This document shows, piece after piece, positions 28,501 to 43,500 of a stretch of 64,000 nucleotides of DNA. The notes below the pieces were generated by a model. That model was not told the DNA's origin and searched no databases. It worked only from the letters and a program-made list of their open reading frames with translations. Source of the DNA: Schmidtea polychroa (lineage: Eukaryota); contig CM097886.1 in assembly GCA_044892525.1 (NCBI GenBank), forward strand, positions 158,286,001-158,350,000, read 5' to 3'. How positions within the stretch are numbered: the first letter of the stretch is position 1; each line of letters opens with the position of its first letter. The translations under genes and the position numbers were made by a program.

Positions 28501-31500
28501 CTGAAATAATCTATGATCTGTTATTTGTTTTCAAGGGTCTTCAACGCTGATAAACTACAATTAAAAATATCAATTGAAAAATATGAAAAAAATGAAACTT
28601 TTTAAAACAACATTTTAATATCTATGATAACAAAATTATGGCATAGTTAATTAAATGTATAGCAATAAATGAAATGCACTTTAATAGTTAATTGTTATTT
28701 TTACAATAATAATAACTTTATTAACATCATTGATGGTTAAAACAAATATCATTTAAGGATGCACAAAATTACCGCCCTTACTGTTACAATCATAAAATTG
28801 CAGATTTCATTTATGAAATATTATTGTAAAATTTTTAATTTATTATCAAATATATAGCGGTAAAATAATTAACACAATTTCAATGTATATTTATTATACC
28901 GAAAACTTTTGTCATAATATTTGATAATTACGCAATGTTTTGCTTAAAATTTAATTAAAACAGCTTCATATAGCTTGTAAAACTTTATTAAATAAAAAGG
29001 AAAATACATATTATGACTTTCACAATTCACATTTGTAATTTGGAGAAAATATGACAAGTGACATGCAGAATTTACCAGATTTGTGCATCTGTCCATAAGT
29101 TATTACTTTAAATTAAAATTTTACAATAACTTTTATATTAAATCTCCAAAATGATATATTTATTTCATAATTATATGAAATTCACTTTTTCTCCATTGAA
29201 TTATATATAATCTGTTAAATTTCGTCGAGTAGTTCTTTGAAAATTGTTATTTATTTATTCTAAATGTAATACTGCAAAATTACATTTGCTTAAATAATGA
29301 TTATAATTATTGCAGTTTATAATTTGCAATTTACTTTATAAATTATTTCATAAAATCATGTTTCAACTGTAAAACTTAGATAAAATTTTGTATAAAATAC
29401 AATTTTATATTATTTACATCACAATTAAATTAAACAAAAACAATTTATTTGTTTGTTTTAAATTTCGTGTCAATCAAATTTCTTTTAAATACTTTTAAAT
29501 TCCAGATTATTCGTGCGAAATAATTTTTCTTTTAACTGAAAAAAAGTTTAAAATTAATCAAAATATTTAGGATCTGGAAAATAAATCAGAAAATAATTCA
29601 AATTTAATTTTAACGAATTAAATTCATTCTAATAGATTAAAAAAACTTTCATTACTATAAGAAAATATGATTGAATGTCACATAAAAAATTTCCTAGACA
29701 ATATTAAAATGTTGAATGCGTTTTGCTTGACCTTATCTAATAGAATAAAATGGTGAAAAAATTTTTAATAATTAAAAAAATATAGAAAGATTTTTTTTCT
29801 TCATCTTAAAATGTTCAAGTGCCAAATAAATTAAGTTTTATTTTAACAAACAAAAACCTGTCAACCTTTTCCAAAATTCATTTTATTTTAAGTTCCAATC
29901 TAGAAACTAGTCTAAATACAGAAAAGATTATGATTAGAAAACCTTCAAAAGTAGAAAAAAGTCCATACACATTCAAAACTTCCTTCATAGTTCACACTTT
30001 ACTATACGAAATTTTTGATATTACATAATGAACAAATAAATAAAAAATAGCCATACTGAAATTAATCTATGAATTGCAAAGAAAATATTTTAATGTGATT
30101 ATGCATCTTTTTATTAATGTCGAACAATTAGGAGAGAAAGTAAAGTTAGTCTTATAAAATAAATTCCTTAAAAATCGAGTACAAAAACAAATTCAATTAA
30201 AATAATATTTACCAAACCGGACCGAACCTGTTGAATAACACGACTGTATTATTTTATTTACATTTTTCACTCTTTTTGTTGTCTTCGTATTATTTTTCCC
30301 TATCACTACTAAATGTTAAATATTTTTGTTTAATTCTACAAATAAAAAAATATTTAAGCAATATGTTACAATTGTTTACAAATATTCTGAAATCTGTCTA
30401 TTTTTGAATTTTAATCTAAATATCTTAATATCCATTTATTACCGTTTTGGTTTTTTACCGACATCATTATTCAATCTCTAATTTTCAAATAACCCGGTTC
30501 GAAATTTTAATTAATATTAACTTTGGAGTTTCAATATTTCTAATTTATTAATTAATTTGATATTATTTATATAATTTTATTGATTATATTAATTAATTAT
30601 TTTAATTCTATTATTAGCTTTCATCAAAATTAGTTACTATTTTATTAATTCTATTTTTTTTATTTTATTTGTTAATGAGAAATAGAGAGCATTCGTTTGA
30701 TGAAGAACGTTATCTATAAATAATAAATATTTACATTGTTTAAATCTCTATCCTATTGAATTTAGGTGCATCACTAACAATAAAAAAATGTTAATAATTT
30801 TCCTATAATTATGCATTTCTCTTTGATTTCTCATTCAAATTCTTAAGGCAAGAGAGAATAATAATCCAAATAAGTCATTGAAGTCAATTAATGCTTTTGT
30901 GTTCTATTGTTTGTTTGAATCAACTATTTATGCGACTGAAACATTTCCAGTAATTCTTGTTTAAATTTCTTTCGATAATTTAGAAAAATATTTAAAACAG
31001 GAAACTAATGATTTTCTGCAGATGTCTTGTAAAATATTATTTTGAAATATTTTAATGTTATGCAATATTTAGTTAGATAATAAAATATTTTTTAGATAAA
31101 ATACAATTTTTAAATAAAATAAAGAAATTTTAATTTTTTATATTTATTTCGGTTTTAATAATAATACTAATAAATTAATTATAATAATAAATTAATAATA
31201 ATAAATAATAATAATAAATAAAAAGAAATGGTAAAAAAATTAAAACTTTCAAATTAAATATTAACTGTAATTATCTAATTATATCAGCATTTATTTTAAA
31301 TAGGATAGAATTTGATATTTATTCACTTGAGAAAATTCATCCAAATTTCTTTTCGATTTTGCAATAAAAATGCTAATATGGAACCACTAAATCATTTATG
31401 AATTTATAAGTAGAAAATGTGTCGATCTTGTTGTGACTGTTTTCTATCGGTTCCATAATTGTTCTGGATGCCAGTTGTGGAATTTTCTAAGAGAGATTCC

Positions 31501-34500
31501 ATCCCAGTTATCGATAAATTAGGGCCATAATTAAATAAGTTTTTCAGAAATTTTCAAAAGTGTTTTGACAAGTATTTATATTAACCAATATTTATATTAG
31601 TTGCCATCGAAAACATTACCAAATTTAATGCCAAATATCATGCCAAATTATTTGTATTTTATTTACTTAAATTCATTNNNNNNNNNNNNNNNNNNNNNNN
31701 NNNNNNNNNNNNNNNNNNNNNNNNNNNNNNNNNNNNNNNNNNNNNNNNNNNNNNNNNNNNNNNNNNNNNNNNNNNNNNNNNNNNNNNNNNNNNNNNNNNN
31801 NNNNNNNNNNNNNNNNNNNNNNNNNNNNNNNNNNNNNNNNNNNNNNNNNNNNNNNNNNNNNNNNNNNNNNNNNNNNNNNNNNNNNNNNNNNNNNNNNNNN
31901 NNNNNNNNNNNNNNNNNNNNNNNNNNNNNNNNNNNNNNNNNNNNNTAATAAAGATTTCTTTATGGTAATATCGCATTCTTCCAAACATTCATAATAAATT
32001 TATTGTTATTATTGAATTTATTATAAAACAATAAAGAGATAATTTAAGCCTTTTGCTGCGAATAATGTATTTAATGAAAAGATTTTCGACTATAAGATAG
32101 TCCTTGTCAATCTCCTTTATTATTGCAACAACGAAAATAAATGAGAAATAATTCTTGTATTATTGTCAATAGATTTTTTATTCTACAGTATCTCGACTGT
32201 ATATTGTAATTTTTATTTATTTAAGAAAAGCCTCAGCTTTTTTGAAAAGAAATTGGTTTCCCTTGAACAAGACGGTGATAATTTATCAATCTCTTGCAAT
32301 GATGCTGATGCGGACTTTCTTAGAAATCGCTTATCTGATCTTCGATCGCGTTATACAATTTGTCTTCAGTCAAATCGTTCTCCTCACATGAAGAAAATTG
32401 CAGAAAATAAAACTCTGAAAATCACCTCCTCAAACGAACTCTACAATGGAAACAATTCGGATTATACATCAGATGAGAAATTATGCAATAATTAGTGAGT
32501 AGAATAATTTAAGATTTTGTAATAACATTTACACATTGATTCATTTTAATTATATTTTTATGGAGGAATTGAGATTTATTTTATATATTTAATTTAAATG
32601 CCAAGAAATAAAAAATTGACATTGTACAATTTCAAGAATTTTTGGCTAATTTTATTAATTAACTGATTGTTAACTATATTTTGTTTAAAAATTATTTGTT
32701 TTTATAACTAATTGTAAGTGATGCATTTCTGATATATAAGCATCTTCAAAGGTTTATAACACAAATCACTAAACATTCTTTTATATTTTCTATACTATTT
32801 TAAAAATACATTCCATCCTTATCTTTTTGAAATTTTATATTTATTTTATATTTCTTTCTTTATGTTTAATGAAATATAGTCTTTTATTCACTTTCTAAAC
32901 TTTATTTGAATAAATAAATTCCAAAGATTTGATATTTCATTGTTCAAAGTCATTTTACTAAAAGGGGGGATTTTAAACGAATATGCGAGACTAGCGATTT
33001 AAGATTTGCATTTGGATTATTTTCAAAAGATTTGGATATTGTTAATATATTTTAATTACATTTCTTATAGACATCGTTTGATTCGATTCTATTTCTTTTA
33101 AAAATCTTTTGAACAAGGCTTTGATTTGTTGATTCAACAGAAATTTTAATATTATACATTTAATTTTATTTAATTCGAAATTAAAAATTTCAATAAAATT
33201 AACTGCAAATAAATTTTTATAATTAAGAATAATACATTAATACAAATAATTTGTTACACAGCAAAAATAAAACAAAATATTAAAATCTTATTATAAAAAA
33301 CATTGAAATATTTCGATATTTAAAAGGGAAATATTTTGGAATAATATGTAAATAATAACACAATGTAATTTCCTTCATACTCAATTATTTTATTTTATTC
33401 TATTGTATTTTTTTATAATTTTATTATTATTAAATTATTATGTTAATTAAATTTTTAATTTGTCATTATTTAATATGTTTTTGCCACACTTATGTCAAAG
33501 ATGAAAGATTATAACAAAAGTATGTAAAATATTCCCTTTAGCAAATTTTAATCTACAATAAAATGCCACAAAGTAAATGCATTGATTGCAGTTGTATTAA
33601 TTTTTTGATTGTTTCCGAAAATCTTTTGGAGCACATTTGATTGGAAATTGAAATCAATTCATTTATTGGAAAATTCTTAATTCAAAATCTTCATTAATTA
33701 AAACAAAATATTGATTTTCTCTCTCGAAAAATTATTGGTTTTCTAATTCAATATTTGTAATAAGAATAAATGAATACTAATTTATGTCACTGTCAGACAT
33801 TGTCTTCTAAATATTAGAGAAATTGCATTTTACTGCACAATAATACTTTTTCTTTACAATTCAGCAAATTACAACTTATTATTTATTTTTTTTATATTCA
33901 CTAAAATTATGCTATTTTATTTCACTAAAAATTACTTAAGCTTCTTTTTTGGTCTAATGTTGCTAGTGTGACCACATTTTCGTTTTCTACAATTCGTAGC
34001 CCTTGGGTGTAATCTAGTATAGCATTTACGGCAGATCATTTTATCACAATTGCATTTTTGGGCCAACACTCTCAAAGTAGGTTCAATAATACCTCCTCTT
34101 AAACCGTAAATGTTGACTCTTTTTGAATATTATAATCTGATAAAGTACGACTATCTTACAATTGCTTTCCAGCAAAAAGTCAAACGCTGTTGATCTGGTG
34201 GAATGCCTTCTTTATCTTGAATCTTCGATTTAACATTTTCAATGGAATCTGACGACTCCACTTCAAGTGTTATGGTTTTTCCTGTTAATGTTTTAACAAA
34301 GATTTGCATTTTAAAAAACTAAAAACAAAATATATATTTATAATTTTATAAAATATTTTTTCTTATAAAACAGGTATAAAAATTTTGTATTTTATCATAT
34401 GTCATAAGGTATTTTCTTTACAACTTTTTTTTTTATTTTTTAAATTTTAAACTAATTATTAATAGTAAATTTCTATTCCAGTAATCAATTGAAACAGTCA

Positions 34501-37500
34501 CATTCATCTGAGCTGGATTTGAATGGAAATTCAATTCATAGTTCACAGGACAGTCTGCCGAATGACGATTATGAGACCTCGTCAGGTGAGAGCAGTGAAG
34601 AATTGTCAACAATGATTGATGGAGCGGCCACAGTTTTGGCAGGAAATCTAAACAATTGGGCAAAATTAACCAGCAACATGCTTTTGGAGATAGCAGTTAA
34701 TGAATTCACATCAATTGAAGAATTGGAAGACAAAATAACTGAGATCACGGTAGGCTATTATAAATTTTCGAGCACTTTGAGATATTGTTTTCTTTAATTT
34801 TGGTTATTCAACGTAAATTGTTATTAATAAAGATTGTTAATAATATTAAAAATTTACTTTTTCAAGTTTCAAAATAATTTTAAAATATCTAATGATTAAT
34901 GGATATATTCCATGAAATTATATCTTGCCACTGTCGGATACTGCAAACTTTAGTTGTATTTTCATCAATTTTTTTGCACTTATTTTACAATATGTCGCAT
35001 TTATTTATAAGTGTAATTATAGAGGAAGATGAACAAGAAGTTTGGTCATGTAACTCGTGTTAATTACACAATATTATGTTTGGATTTTGTTTATTTATTT
35101 ACATCTAATGGCTGCAACGACATTAGACAGACTTCTTGTCATATCTTTATTTGAGTTCTTGAACATTGTCAACCCAATATCGACAAAACAATTGTGAGCA
35201 CAAAAGGTTTTGTACGTTTGATATGTGAAACGATATTTATAAGATCGCTGGACCGGTAATTAAATGTGCAAAATGCTGTAAACATGTGTGTTTTGAATGT
35301 TTTTAAATAGTTGGGATGTTTAATTGAGAGTATGTGGATTGTTTTTGTTTTAAAATGTATCAAATAATTAAATTAGTATATTAAATATTTGGATTTTTGA
35401 TATTATATTAAAAATATTTTAGGAATGAATTAAGTATATAAATGTTATAAATTATTTTAATTTTAGATGGAAATGATATCTAATTTTAAAAATATTTTAT
35501 TTATTAAAAAATTTACTTATCGATGTCTTTTTTGATATTCACGAATTTTCGGAAAAGGCTTTTTCATGTGATTTCGATAAAGATATAAATAAATACAATA
35601 TTATTTGAAAAGAAATCAGAGGTGAAAATTGAAAGAAGTTTTTATAATTTAAAAATAAATAATTATTTAATTTACTCAAAAATTTATCATAAATAAACTC
35701 GGTAAAGATTTTATTAATAAAAATCGCCATTCGTACATCTTTTCCACTATATATTTCGATAGCATCACTATCATCATCAGGTTACCTACATTCACAACGG
35801 ATGAATATATATACTATATTGATAATATATAAACAAATTATAAAATATATAAATTTAAAATTATAAATAATAATTTTTTAATAATCATTCTTTTCAAAAA
35901 CAATTTTCAATAATCAATTATATTTAAACTTTTAAAATTATTTAATTTAAATTTAAATTTAAAATAAATAAAATAACTGCACGATTTGTTTCATTAATTT
36001 TTTATATCTATAGTTTTTTCAATCTTAATATATGATGACAATAAGACTATCAAAATAAATTGTAAGGCAATTTTTGAGTGGCACTTACTAATAATATGTA
36101 TACATAGAATTTGAAAGAAGTTTTGCTTAAAAGGAATTATTGACAGATCTTTTAAAAGATATTTTATCATAAAATTACAAGTTATAGTCAAAATGATTGT
36201 ATTTAAATTCATAATTTTATCTTTCTGTGATGTCTATCATTTATGCTTTTAGTTTTCGACAATTAATGAACTAAATTATTAAATTATTAAAATTTAATTA
36301 ATCTATATTTTCCTTTGTTTTTTGTGGATATTATCATGGTTTGGTTATAGGCTTTTATCTTGTCAAGGGAATATTATTCATTTCTTGTAGCCAAATAAAG
36401 ACTGATTTTGCAATTATTTTTCGATTTTTTTGACTTTTCCAATATGTCATTAAATGAAATTTTATCACTATTTTTTACAAATAAGTCTTATTAAATTTCA
36501 ATTTATTTTATTTTCTTATTATCTTACCTTAAAATATTTGTTTTTATAATTTACGTATTTTTTTATAGTTTTTATTCATTATTTACACTCACTGTCACCA
36601 CTCTTGAAAAGAAAATAAACAAAATTTAACTGAATAAAAATCATCAAAATTAGGATTTGTGAATATTTTTGAATTTTAGTTTAAATTTTGATTTATAAAA
36701 TAAAAAATATCATGTGAAACATTTCAAATAGTTTCAATTCACCAAAACATCATACATTGTTGCATTTTAGATTCTCCAAAATATAATCTCATAAATAAAT
36801 TATTAATTAATCTGAATAAATCATCAAAGTATCATTTAAAATTTATTAATATTAACCAGAAATCTGAAATAATTTTATGAAATAAAAATAATAACATATG
36901 CCATCATAAGTAGTCCTGGGAACTTTATTCAGCATTCTCCTAAATATTATACATACTATGTAAGAAAATTAATTAAAAATTCTGTTTTTTATTTTAGAAA
37001 AAAATTGGCTAAATTCATTAAAGATTATATTTAGAATCTAAATTAATGAGAAAATTTATTTTGTTGATTTCTTAGATTTTTAATTATAGAAATATTTCGA
37101 AATGCTCAATTAGTGAGCATATGCTTATAAAACTATACAATAAACCAGAGAAATATTTCCGCTGACATTAAATCCACTTTTCAAAACTTCTTCTTTGGAA
37201 AATTGCTTTCTTTCGATTTCAACCAGTGATTCTGAGTAGGTTACGAATCTTTTTGGAATCTATAAAACAACGGATTTTACTTCAGAAGAAGAAGAGAAGC
37301 TTATTGGTTTGAAAAAAATGATAGCCTTAAAAAGCTACAATTGACGAGAAAACTTTGGATGAGTTTAGGATTTCAATCATCGACTTTTATCCTGTCATTA
37401 CTTTGAAAGCATCGTCATGGCTGTGTGAGTTTGGATTCTCAGCTTTAACTGAAATGAAATCGAAAAAAAGTAAAGGATTATTTGAAATTGACGACAAACT

Positions 37501-40500
37501 GCGAACTTGTTTGTCGAACCTGGAATCTTGATTTGATTCAATTTGTGCAAAAAAAGCAAATCCACATTTCTCACTAAATAAAAAACTCTCTTTATAAACA
37601 TGTTTGTCTTAGTTTTGAAATTTTTGGTGTGTCGCGAAAATTTTCAGGTTTGGCTAGTGTGGCACTAAGCGAAAAAGTTTGGGGAGCACTGAATAATTTC
37701 TCTGAAAATTATTATTTATTTTGTTGATTTTTTTTAAATAGAAAAAATAGATTTTATTCCAATTGTTTTATAAATTTTAACATATTATTTGTAATCCATT
37801 AAAATAATAATAATTAAATAAATAAATGTATTAATATTTGTTGTTGATCGGCGTTGTTTATTGAATTCCTAATTCAAATATGCGTTAATGAGTAATCTAA
37901 TAATAATTGAATTGAAATTCTTTGGCACATTTATCGCAATCCTAAATAGACTGTAATTTATAGGAAATAACTTCACTTTTTAAGTATATAAATCCTCAAC
38001 TAACTGGAAAATTTGTCGTTGCAAATCATTTATAAAAGATATTTGATTAGAAATTTTTTGTTTTAATAATCATTCTTCGATCTTCTACATAATAAGAAAT
38101 TCGATTTACTATTGTTATAATTAAATTCTTGATGGCCCGAGGAATGTAAATCTTACAGAACTAGATGTGACGTTTGATAAATGACAATTTTCATTTCTTA
38201 TATTAGTTTTGAGAACAAAATCATCTTGAATTTGATAAATATTCTCAATTAAGATTTTTCTAACAATTCATCGTATTATTTCTTTTAATTTCTTTATTTT
38301 ACCTTTTACATTATGTAACTCTCATTCCATTATCCTTACCAAGGTTTGTTGTGGTATAACATTTGGGTGAGTCAAATAGGGAAAATTTATACTTTCTTAT
38401 TTTTTATTTGAGATTATTTTCTTGGTCATCAATTAACTTTATTTCATAATATAATTCAATAAAATAATAAAAAAGATTTCTAAAAACTATTTATTTTTTA
38501 AATATCAAATTAATAATAACTTATCTTTTTTTCATTCATTTTAAACAACAATTTTTTAAAATATAAATTTTTCACAACATAATAAAAAGTTTTAACATTC
38601 TATTTTTTATTCAAAATAAATTTTAAGGTTTATTTGCATCCTCAGCTTTACTTTCGGTTATACAGATGTCTAATATGCTCTTTTTATATTTATCTTGTAA
38701 TTATTACATATAAAACTATAAACTCACAACAATTTTAATTAAAAGAATTTTATTGAAATATCATCTTATCTTTAAAATTTGTTTTTCTACGATTTTTGAC
38801 AGATATTTTGACAAAGAAATGCCATTGAAATAGTAAAACTTTGAATGAAGTGTTTATAAATTAAATATATATTTAAAGAAAATTAATCATTTTGAGTTTT
38901 ACTTTTTAAAGAATCGGCTACTGTCAAAATATTGGATAATATTTGTCTCGTGAGACATTTAAGTTGTTTTAATTTATGAAATAATTTAAAATTGAGATAT
39001 TTAATCTTAGTTAATTTGAAATATTAATTATAAATTAATTTATTTTTTCAATTAACAGAAAGTTAAAAAGGAATCATTGGAAAGAATAGCTCAAATTTCA
39101 ATGGGTTTAGATAAACAATCTAACAGTGAAAATAACTCAATTAATGCTGAACTCTCTTCCCAACTGACCGATGAGTCGAATTCTCAGCTTTTAATGGCAT
39201 ACCAAGACTTGAAAAATCTTTTATACATGAAAACTAATGAACTCAGTGAAATAAAAGTGCAATATTATCACATCAAAGATAATTTGAAAACTTTGGAAAA
39301 TCTTGCCATAGAAATCGACTCAAAATTACATTACCCGGTGAGAATAATAATTAATATTTTAATAAATTTGTTTTACTTTATTGTATATAAATCATTTAAT
39401 TTTTTTAATATTTTTTGTTTTTTTCTATATTATTGTTATTGTCATTATAAAAATAATTATCATAATTATTTTAACTATTATTATTCAAATAAATGACTAT
39501 TCAAATATAAATAAATAAATAATTGATATAAAAATATTCCAGCTTGTATGAGGATTAAACGTATGTTATTTACATTACTTATTCTACGTTATTTAATAAA
39601 GATTAACATTGTTAAAAAGACAGTAAATATGGAAAAAATCAAAATTGTTGGAACATTTACTAAGTCATTTTCAATTTTGAAAGGAGACTTTATTGAATTG
39701 GCTCTTTTTGTGTTTCTGTAAATAGTGAAAAGTTACACTTCAAATATAATATATTTAAACAAATTATAAGGCGCTGTTGATTAACTTTACTGTAAAATAA
39801 GAAAAACCATAAATTCAGGAATATGAATCAATAATAAATATCTTATAGGTTTCCTTCCACGTGCTGAAGAAAATTTATTAAATTATCTACATAAATTTAA
39901 AAATACAAAAAGTTCCTTTATCGTTTCTTCAACCCATTTACTCTTATTTCATATATTACTTTTGTAATTGATGAATATTGTCTGCTTTGAAAAAGAATTT
40001 AAAGAGATGGCCATTCAATGCAATTGAATACGCAAAGCTTCAAGTTAGGAAGCCTGTCGGTATGTCACTAAATTCATTGGTATGAACCATAGAATGATGA
40101 ACTTTTTCAACTTCAAAACTAAAATTATAAAAACAATTCAAAAGGTAACATTACGGAGCTGCAATAATAAAATTAACTAATGTTATATATATTCAAAATA
40201 ATAAGTATAAAAATGTATAATTCATAAAATTATAGCATTTATATTACGTATTTATAAAATAAACATAATGTGATTTCTGAACCTCCTCGAATAACTGCGC
40301 CAAATTTGAACTGCATTTCGTGGATTTTAACTGCACTAAAGCTTTCAAATTGTCACCTGAAATTCTACTTCAGTATTTTGTTTTAATGAAATATATGGCA
40401 TAATTATTAAAAGGCCGAAATCAAGGTTTCTAGAATTTGGATAATTATTTGGTAGTGAAATTCAGTATTTGAATATAATAAACTGTGATCTTTCATTGTT

Positions 40501-43500
40501 GATTCATTAATTTCAACTTGTACTAGCACATCTTCAAATTTATCAACCCATATACTTTTATTTTTAACTTTAAGAAATTCTAACTGTGCTCTAACTGAAT
40601 TTTTGAAAGGAAAAGAAATATAAAATTGTTGAGGATACCTAAATGATAAATAGCATAATAAATAAACAAATTACGTGGAGGAAAATGGTCATGACAAACG
40701 GGGCGATCTATGGGAACTCAGAAAAGAAAATGGAAGTAAAAAGAAATAAAAAATGAGAAAGATAAATCAAATAAAAGAAACAAACAAGTAATTAAAACAA
40801 AGGCCATTGCAAATTAATAAGTACAAACGAAGGTGGAATTTCGATTGCAGAAAAAGCAAAATATGGGGAAAAGCCGTCAAAGATAGCGGAATTGCCGGGA
40901 GAAGGCGGCTTAACAAAATAGGAAAATGGAAAAATATCTCGACATCTGTCAGAGATAAGGCTGACATAGCGGGAACACAGAGGAAAATGAAAATGGAAGA
41001 CAAAAAAAAACAAACTATATAAAAGGAAACTGGCGGACACAAATCCAGACAAATATGGGAGACGAAATAGAAACAAAAATTTAGACGATAAGTTAGAGTC
41101 AGACGAAACGTTATTGGAAAAACGATTTGTGAAGAATAATTGTTAGAGAAGATTTGAAGAAAAGAATTAGTTGAAAAATTAAACGAAAAGAAGTTACTTG
41201 AGTATTTGAATAAAGTTGTGAAGAAGGTTAAAGAAAACAACCAGCTCAAAGTCGCAGTTGATAAACCAATCAGTAGTTTGTGATCTTTCAATCCGGTGTT
41301 ATACACAAGTGCCATTCCTCAATGAGTGTTGTAATAAGCATTGTATAGTCACCAAAGATTTCTGTTGTCAAGTGTTATTTACCCATACTAAACAAAAAAT
41401 AAAAATAGAATTACAACATTCTATGGAATAAATAATTATCTTAGAAAATCTAGATGTGACAGATATTTGAATTGAATTAATTTAATTGAAATTAATTAAA
41501 ATATGTTGAAATATTTTGATTTATTTATTTACTATTTTACTATTATAAGAACTTCTTTTGAACTTAACCTCTGATTTCTTTTCATTTTCAATTGACATTG
41601 TATTTATTAAACAGCTTGACTATGAATCAGTAAAGATATTCACAAATTTTCGGCACTGACTTTTTCAAGTGATTTTTCAAAATAAATATAATGTCAATTA
41701 CATTTTATTATATACTATTTTTTATTATCGAAATATATCGTGAAAAGAATGTTTGATTGTCGTTATCTTATAATTAAATCATTACCATGTATGTTTAACT
41801 ATTTATTCATAAATTTTAATAATGAATATTCCAAATAGCTTTTTCCACTAATTCTCTTTAACTTAGATGGAAAATCCACTAATTTTGCTTTTCATAAAAA
41901 TTGAAATTTCCTTTATTATAACTTCGTCGCGCAAGTGTAACAATCTTATAATTCCCAAAACTCTGAACACTTGTTCAAATTATCTTTCATTTGATTTCTG
42001 TCACTTTATCTCGTACTTAATGCAAGCTTCAATTTATATTTTCGATAATTTTTTAATTTTTTAATTCAATTTTTATCATCTTATTGCAGATTATAGATTA
42101 ATATTTTTATATATTTACCACGAATTTTTATCGCAGTCCATTAAAAACATTTGAAAGAGGACGTACCGGAAATTTGTGTCCAATTTATAAAATTTCTCCT
42201 ATAGCTGGAAACATGTCATTTATTTTATGGTGACTGGAAATGTCTTCCATCTTTTGTTAAACACAATATTTGATTTTAATTATCATTATTTTTTTTAATA
42301 TGATTAAAACAAATTTTAATTAAAATTTAATAAATTGAATTGCAATATAATTATATTGACATATTAAAATGCTATTTTGAAAGTATTTTTATAATATTGA
42401 AAGTGCTAAAGATTTCCAAATCAAAGATTTACATTTTATACTACTTATTATAATGATCAATAAATTTAGATTTCTGAACAGATGTTGGACAATTTCAAAT
42501 CTCAATTTATGGAATCAGACATTAAACTTTTGGAAAAATTGATCAACAAATTACCAGATGGGCTACGTCAAAATCTTGAAATGTATTTCAACAATTTACA
42601 ACCGACTATTAGATTTGTCCACTCAACAATTCAAGATAATAAAAAAGAAGCCGTGAGTTTTTCTGTTGGCCCCCTGACGGATTTGTAAAATAATTATAAA
42701 TAAATTACATTTCAGATTGTGACTAGTGATGAATATCATCTATCAGATTCCCATCTATCGGATTCTCAAATGACACAAGAAAATATAAATCAGATAGCTT
42801 TACTATTGAAATCTATTAACACTTTTATGGTCAATTCTAAAGTCAATTTGGGTCAGATTGATGAAATAGAAAATTGTTTGGATAATATTCGGGTAAATGG
42901 GAAATTTGTCTTTTTTAGATTGTTTACTACAATACAATCCTGCGAAAAGCATTTTTCGACATATTTGATCATTAGAATCTTAAAACCGTACTCTGTAGTT
43001 CTAAAATAACAATAATAAAACATGTTATGACAAAATATTTTCAACTGTATTCCTTAATATATTATTTAAATAACTAAATTTTGGCATTCATCCAAATCCA
43101 ACAACAATATATTCAACACAACATGAAAATTTAATTATCAACAATATATGCAAAATTTCCTTTTCATTTGTTTATTGTTTAGTGGGACATCATTGTTGAA
43201 TTCTACTGGATTTTCATTTCTTCCGCTTTCTCTTAATATTCGCTCCCGTTTAAGAAAAATATATAAATTTTTTAAAAATAATATTGAAAAAAATAATGAA
43301 AAATGTAAATGTGAACAAAAAAAAGCTTTAAAAAGATTTAAAAAATTAATTTAATAAATATATTNNNNNNNNNNNNNNNNNNNNNNNNNNNNNNNNNNNN
43401 NNNNNNNNNNNNNNNNNNNNNNNNNNNNNNNNNNNNNNNNNNNNNNNNNNNNNNNNNNNNNNNNNNNNNNNNNNNNNNNNNNNNNNNNNNNNNNNNNNNN

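Noticed and set aside
39840-40130. Minus-strand coding-like relic ([12 protein letters not shown])
   Set aside because: Multiple stops and no recognisable family.
41130-41290. Coiled-coil-like peptide ([21 protein letters not shown]) on the + strand of the LTR family
   Set aside because: Broken by stops or frameshifts in copies 2 and 3; conservative changes are expected from transitions in A/G-rich DNA.
40767-41315. 182-aa minus-strand ORF (and 94-aa overlapping ORF) inside LTR copy 1
   Set aside because: The T/C-rich strand of a purine-rich LTR has few stops by composition, and the homologous frame in copy 2 contains stops.
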